From assembly GCF_009914755.1 (NCBI RefSeq), contig NC_060925.1: a DNA stretch of 64,000 nt. The stretch is one strand, 5' to 3'. How positions within the stretch are numbered: the first letter of the stretch is position 1; each line of letters begins with the position of its first letter. The notes beneath the pieces were generated by a model. It did not search any database and had not been told where the DNA came from. It saw nothing but the letters and a program-made list of their open reading frames with translations. This document shows positions 58,324 through 64,000 of the stretch, one piece after another. The translations under genes and the position numbers were made by a program. Source of the stretch: the human T2T-CHM13v2.0 reference genome, Homo sapiens.

Positions 58324-60223
58324 AACAGATAAGACAGAGACAGAAAGGTATCTATTTCTACATATATACAAATGATCTAAGAACATGCTTTTTTATGAAA
58401 AAAAAAGGTGGCTCACTGAATACATAAAACTTGTTATAGTCTGAGATAACAATGTTAAATATAAAATTGGACCAAGGATCTAGAAATAATTACTACTTTT
58501 TCAAGCCTTGGTACAAAAAGATAAGAGTAGTACCACACCACAAGGGTTCACAAGGCAAATGCCTTCTTTTGGCATTGACATTCCTAACACATGCCTGTCA
58601 ACATTCTGAACAGCAAGCTATAGAAATCATACAAATGTTTATACAGAATTTTTTAAATCCACAAGCTCTTGCCTATAAAGACTTCTAAAAATAAATATTT
58701 TAACAACAAATCATTTATGTGCATTTTTTCTGAATTTTTCTTAATTTACAATCACATAAAAATAACTTTACTGAAAGCACAGAACTGTTGCATTTATTTG
58801 TAGCCATTACCTTTTTTTTTCTTTTTCTTCCCCTATCCTGGTAAATGCTTCCCACTCCCAAGGCTGAAAAGTACCTGAAGATCTGTAAATCATGACTTTA
58901 ATAAGTATAATAAATCATTTGTTACAGTTATTTTTAAGACTTGACCTTATCGAGTTTTAACTGATATGTTTTGCAGGTACTCCTGCTGTTATATGGAAGC
59001 AATATAAGTTTAATATTTAGTTACTGCAACCTAAGGACACTTTGTTTTACTGAAGTATGAAAACTGTGAGTGGAAACGGTGTCCCTAAAATAATTAAGGC
59101 AAGACTTTAAGCCACAAAATACAGCAAAGTTTCTAATTAAGGTTAATCTTTGAAAGTTCAAAATTTAGTGATGAAATCTTCAGGCTTCCATTTTATGGTC
59201 AAATGTCAGTTGTTTATATTCAAACAACTGCCATTACATTTAACAGTACTAAAATCTTAAAGAAAATTTCCAGACATACCAGTTCTCTTAAAGTTGGATA
59301 TATACTGTCTTAAAACAAAATTTAAAATCCACCATTTACACATTTAAAACTATTGCAATTTTTCCTAACCTTATTAGCACAGATGGAGAAACTGTATCCT
59401 GTTGAAAGCCATTTGTGACAGGAAAAGCAATGTCAATTTTTAGACACTCATAAATGTGCACCATAAGTGAAATCATAATGAAGTAACATATTGTGCATAT
59501 GAAATACCTAAAGACAAAAAGATGATCTCTATAGAATGCATCATCAACTGCCATAACCCTAACTAATCACTGCACTTCATCCATCAAGTTCAGAAGCAGA
59601 TGAAGTAATAGATTCCTAAGTAACACATGTACATGACCCTACTGCTTGCAATGTAAAATGGCCACTTCAATATATTTTGTTACGTGTGCTTATGTTGCTC
59701 TCTCTTGGTGGAAAAGCTGTACTGTTCAAATTGATTACCACTGATTTTTTAAAACTTTTTTAAAGGCTTTCATGTTAAGAGAACCAGTTTGTTTTGATAC
59801 AGTATTTTCAATGCCATTTGCACAAATTAAAATGCTAATTGCTAACCTTAGAACAGCTAGAACTACTTTAAATAATTCCGAGTTTCTAAATTGATGTGAA
59901 TTAAAAGCTGGTTGGAGCACACACTAAAATGTTTTCATTTATGGACTCCCAGGAGATTTCATCTTGTAATAAACAAAGTACCAAACAAAATGAAGAGCAA
60001 GAGGGTACTAACTCTGTAAGAATTCAGCTGTGAAAACCTGATTCACTGAAAGAAGGTGAAAATATTGGTAGAGTCTCCTAAGTGCTCCATGCATTTATAT
60101 ATTTGCAGAAACAAACTATGATTCATTTTTTTAAAAGTTACTGGATAAACATAAGTGTTAGTAGAAGTCCAAACATGTAACAGAAAAAAAAAATTTTGTG
60201 ATAACCAATTTTAAGATGAGAAC

Positions 60224-60460
60224 CAGTGGCATGCTGTAGCCGGCTGGTGCCGGTTTGTGAGAGCTGACTGTGCACATATCTTCCCAACTCCATGTTTAGT
60301 GGCATAATTTTGACAGTTGAAATCTGTCATGGTGGGAGTTTTTACATTACAGAAATTTTCAGTCATTGTAAGTAAGGGTTTTGTCTTTCTTTTTGTACTT
60401 GTTTCTTTTTTTTAATTTTATTTTTTGGAGGACTGGTTGTTATTTACCAGCATACCACTA
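60224..60460 (+). mobile_element. MER63A-like hAT-Blackjack element
   Basis: TIR-like cagtggcatgctg / ccagcataccacta; internal gtgcacatatcttcccaactcc. Confidence 0.85.
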
Positions 60461-61974
60461 GAAATGCCAAAGAACATGCCAAAAAGAAAATCTTTCTCCC
60501 TTTGGCTAATGACATTTAAAAATGTTTCTTAATTGCAAAGGATATAAATGCCAAATAAAGGGCTTCTCAGAGGAAGTCCCTCCTTTTAGTACACTGATAA
60601 ATCAAACAATATATAGCATTTTATGGTCAGAATAGAAACTATTCACAATGACTATTTCCTCTCTTGCAAATCAAGAGTCTTTTCAGAGAGTGGCACGGCA
60701 GTTGAATTTCTAACCAGTTCTCTACAGTAGTCAAAAACAGCTGAGTAACCTTTGGAAAATTGTTCACTTATCAAAACACTACACTCAACCAAAGTGAAAA
60801 AATGTTTTGTATGCTGCTGTATTTTAAATATGAGACTGGTAACATAGATGTTCAATAGCATGAATGAAGATGTCAAAAATGGAAGCAAAAAGTCTGGCAA
60901 AGACTTGAAAATGATGCTTCATAAGCCAAGCCCCTCGTGTGCTCACTGGGTTACCCTCACCTTTAGAAGAAGGCAAGACTTGGGAACGTTTTAGGGTCTT
61001 CCTTTCACTTGGGAGATTTACCCATAAGTTCAGAGAAACAACTTCAGAAAACAACTGTTAGGGCATTTAAAATCTTAGAGAAGCACCTCCTATCTAGAAA
61101 ACATGAGAGTTTAACTTCTGAAGCATCACGGTCTTCTGCAGCTCACATATGTGAACAGCATGGAAATAAACTCGTAATGCACGGTCTGGTAGCTTGCGCT
61201 TGCATTAGGTACAGCGCACTGTGTGGGGAGGATTATCAAGGGAAGGTTTGATTGACTATTACTCCAGTTCTGTCTATGCCCCCAGGACCCACTTGAAGAC
61301 ATTATACTTCAAGGTGACTATTCTGTTGAAGAGAACATAATATTAATTAATTAATGATTACATATAAATAATGGAAAAAGACTAATTGAGCGATAGTTCA
61401 GCTAAATAGCCCCAACAATGTCACCAGCAGTGACGGTACTGCTGAGCAACTGATAAACAGTACCAGCCATGGAGGGCAGAAACAGAGCCTTTTAAATTCA
61501 TCTTTTCATGTATTTCCTTATAATGAAAGCAAATAACAAAAGCATGTTTTAGGCAAAAAGGTGTTAAAGAAAATATAATCATTGAACAGCAAGTGTTATT
61601 TGTTTACACAAACACTAAAACCTCAGAATAAAAAGATAGCTCATGATGTAGGATTGTTTCCAATTATTGGCAGAAGGACAGAAAGATCATCATATCAGTA
61701 ACAAAGAACAATCATGCTGCAAAGAACAATCAATGGAAATGCAATTTTCAATGTTACAAATCATTAAGCTGAAGATATATGAGTATCAGTTTCAAATATA
61801 ACATGTAATCAGAATCTGCTGTAAAACCAGATAAAAAATAACTTTGAAAAACTGTACTAAATCAACGAGTTATTTATTTACTAAAATAAAAATCTGACTT
61901 CTGGGTACAGTCATTCTGAAGGCTCTATCGTAGGGAATGAAAATGAGACTTCATCTCTTAACTTTAGAAATACA

Positions 61975-62152
61975 AAAATCTTCATAACAATCTTATGGGG
62001 ACTATAATTATCATCCCCATTTCACAGATAAGCAAAATGAGAAACAAGGTATTAAGCAACTTATACAAGGTCAGCCCATTAGTAAGTGGTGCAGCTGGGA
62101 TGTAAACTCTGGCAGTTTAGCTCCTGAGTCCAGCCTCTTAGCGACTACATTA
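61975..62152 (-). mobile_element. MIR SINE
   Basis: attatcatccccatttcacagataagcaaaatgag...caaggtc...agtaagtggtgcagctggga. Confidence 0.8.
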
Positions 62153-62839
62153 CACACCTCTCATCTGGATAAAACATAAAACTGTAGAAAATCCAGGAGT
62201 CCTTTCTAAAGAGAGAGGTTTTAGCTGGGTTTTGGAGGTACGTTGTCTTTTTTTTTCTTTTTGCCTCTTTCTACTATATGCCCTTATTTATAACCTAAAA
62301 TATTAGATATGAAATTCTGCCTTCTGTTAAGCAAATGACCCATTATGCCTGATGTCCATAAGGGCCATTCCATCTGGAAACCAGAGCTAGTCCCTTAATT
62401 GTTCCATGCTAATAGTTAATAGAACATTTGATAGAATTCCTTACATATACCTTTGTTATTTAGCCTTATGACATTTCATTAGAATTATTTAGATGACTTT
62501 TTCCTGTACTAGAATTTGAACTCATGGAAAGTGAGGATGTTATTAATAATTTGTTTCTCTGTTATCTAGCATAGCAATTGACACACAGCTGACACTCAAC
62601 ATACATTTGTTAAATAGAAATTACATGCCACAAAGAAAGAAAGCCTGAAAGAAACAACCTTAGCCTGCATATTAAACGCACAGATAATTGCCTGTTTTAC
62701 ACTAAATGAACTTTTTAACAACAATGAAAAAAATTTTTGGACAACTTTCCTGACCTCTATCCTTTATTCCTCATGTAAAATAGGTCAAAAAGTCTGAACG
62801 ATCCTTTCTCAGACATGTCTCCTGAATCTGGATCATCAC

Positions 62840-63530
62840 CATGCCACCCGGGGTAGGCTCTGGTCCTAACCGGCCTGGACTCTGAGCAACGGTGTCGTGA
62901 CTGCTCTCCTGACAACTGTCACTCCCAGGCCCGGCCACTCGCCGTCTCAGCGCCCCCTCGCGGCCCTTCTCTACCCACCTCGGGACTTCCCAGGCCTCCT
63001 GGCTGCGCCGCAGACCCTCCCCGTCCCAGATCCCGCCAGGGCCCACTCGGGCTCCAGCCGCTGCCTGGGACAGCCAAAGGCCGGCCCGGGCGGTTCTTCC
63101 CCAGGTGGTCCGGGGCGTCCCGGGCCGCACTGGCCTGGCCCATGGGCCCCGAAGAAGGCGCTCACCCAAGGACCACTGTCCGAGCGGCTTCCCCCGGCCC
63201 GGCCTGGTGCCGCGTCCCCACCAGCCCGGGGTGGCAGGTTCTACTCGGGAAGCCTGTTTTATGTCTTCTTTCACGCCCATATCACACCGACAAGGGTGAA
63301 GCTGTGGAACTTATACCTCGGCTGGGCCCCGCCGCCAACTCCTAGGGCACGGGAACTGCGCACAGGCCGGGGTTCCGCGAGGGGCGGAGCTTCCCGCTCT
63401 GCCCTCGGGCAGGTGAGCCGGAGCCTGGCACGTGGGCCTGGGTGTCCTGACAGCCCTGGCCCCCGCCGCCTCTGTACCAGGGAGAGCGCCTGGAAGGCGC
63501 CGCTGCCTCTCTCTCCCTACGTGCCCACCT
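62840..63530. promoter_or_regulatory. CpG island, probable promoter
   Basis: Abrupt GC- and CpG-rich segment in a CpG-depleted background; GC box GGGGCGGAGC at 63381-63390. Confidence 0.85.
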
Positions 63531-64000
63531 GCCTCTAGGAACTGGTGAGTTACTTCAGTTCTATGTGAGTCTCCAGTGCCACAATTTAGTGTGTACACCA
63601 AACGGTGTTATTGAATAGATGAAGATGATTACCACCTGGTAATGAGTTTCCTTAGTCCCGTTCTTATAGAACCTGAAACTCAACGCTAACCACCCCCCCC
63701 CCCCGACTTAGAATCACAAACTAGATAGAATCTTTCTGACAATCGGGTGAGTTGGGTTTAATATGCAATGAGGAAATTATACTTTACTCCAAAAACTAGT
63801 GCTTGTTATTTTCCTCACAACAAAACTCTCAGATAGACAAAGTTGGCAACCCTATTCCACTCAGCTAGTCGATAAAAGAACCAGGATGGAACTATGATGG
63901 GAACCCACATCTTCAGCTTCCTATTGCAGTGTATGTTCTATTACATATGAAAAAGAGACAATAAAGTAGAGGATAAGTAGGACGCTAAAGAAGTAAGGAA

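Noticed and set aside
62771-63601. Long ORFs (169 aa, 213 aa and others) in the CpG island
   Set aside because: Pro/Gly/Arg/Ala-rich, overlapping on both strands, mostly non-ATG starts; expected from stop-codon scarcity at high GC

Overview
Primate (most likely human) genomic DNA, essentially non-coding and dense in interspersed repeats: seven Alus, L1PA/L1PB/L1M fragments, many L2/MIR/CR1 relics, MaLR/ERV LTRs, hAT/Tigger DNA-transposon relics and microsatellites. I recognise no protein-coding exon; the only ORF with a clear protein match is a frameshifted L1 ORF2 remnant (27782-28225, - strand), and most other ORFs are repeat or GC artefacts. A CpG island at about 62.84-63.53 kb has outward-pointing splice donors on both strands, suggesting a bidirectional promoter, and a few - strand exon-like units may belong to a spliced lncRNA (inference only). 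The most unusual directly visible structures are: a ~45-bp-stem inverted repeat at 25981-26097 (28 bp perfect) abutting a 28-bp tandem duplication; a complete MST-type MaLR provirus with an antisense THE1 LTR nested in its 5' LTR; a ~220-bp local direct duplication followed by a (CG)11(CA)20 Z-DNA-type tract; a triple-AGGTCA DR1 array; and a recursive-splice-like exon at 17.1 kb. I cannot establish a new biological system from sequence alone. Repeat subfamily names come from recalled consensus sequences and boundaries of old repeats are approximate.
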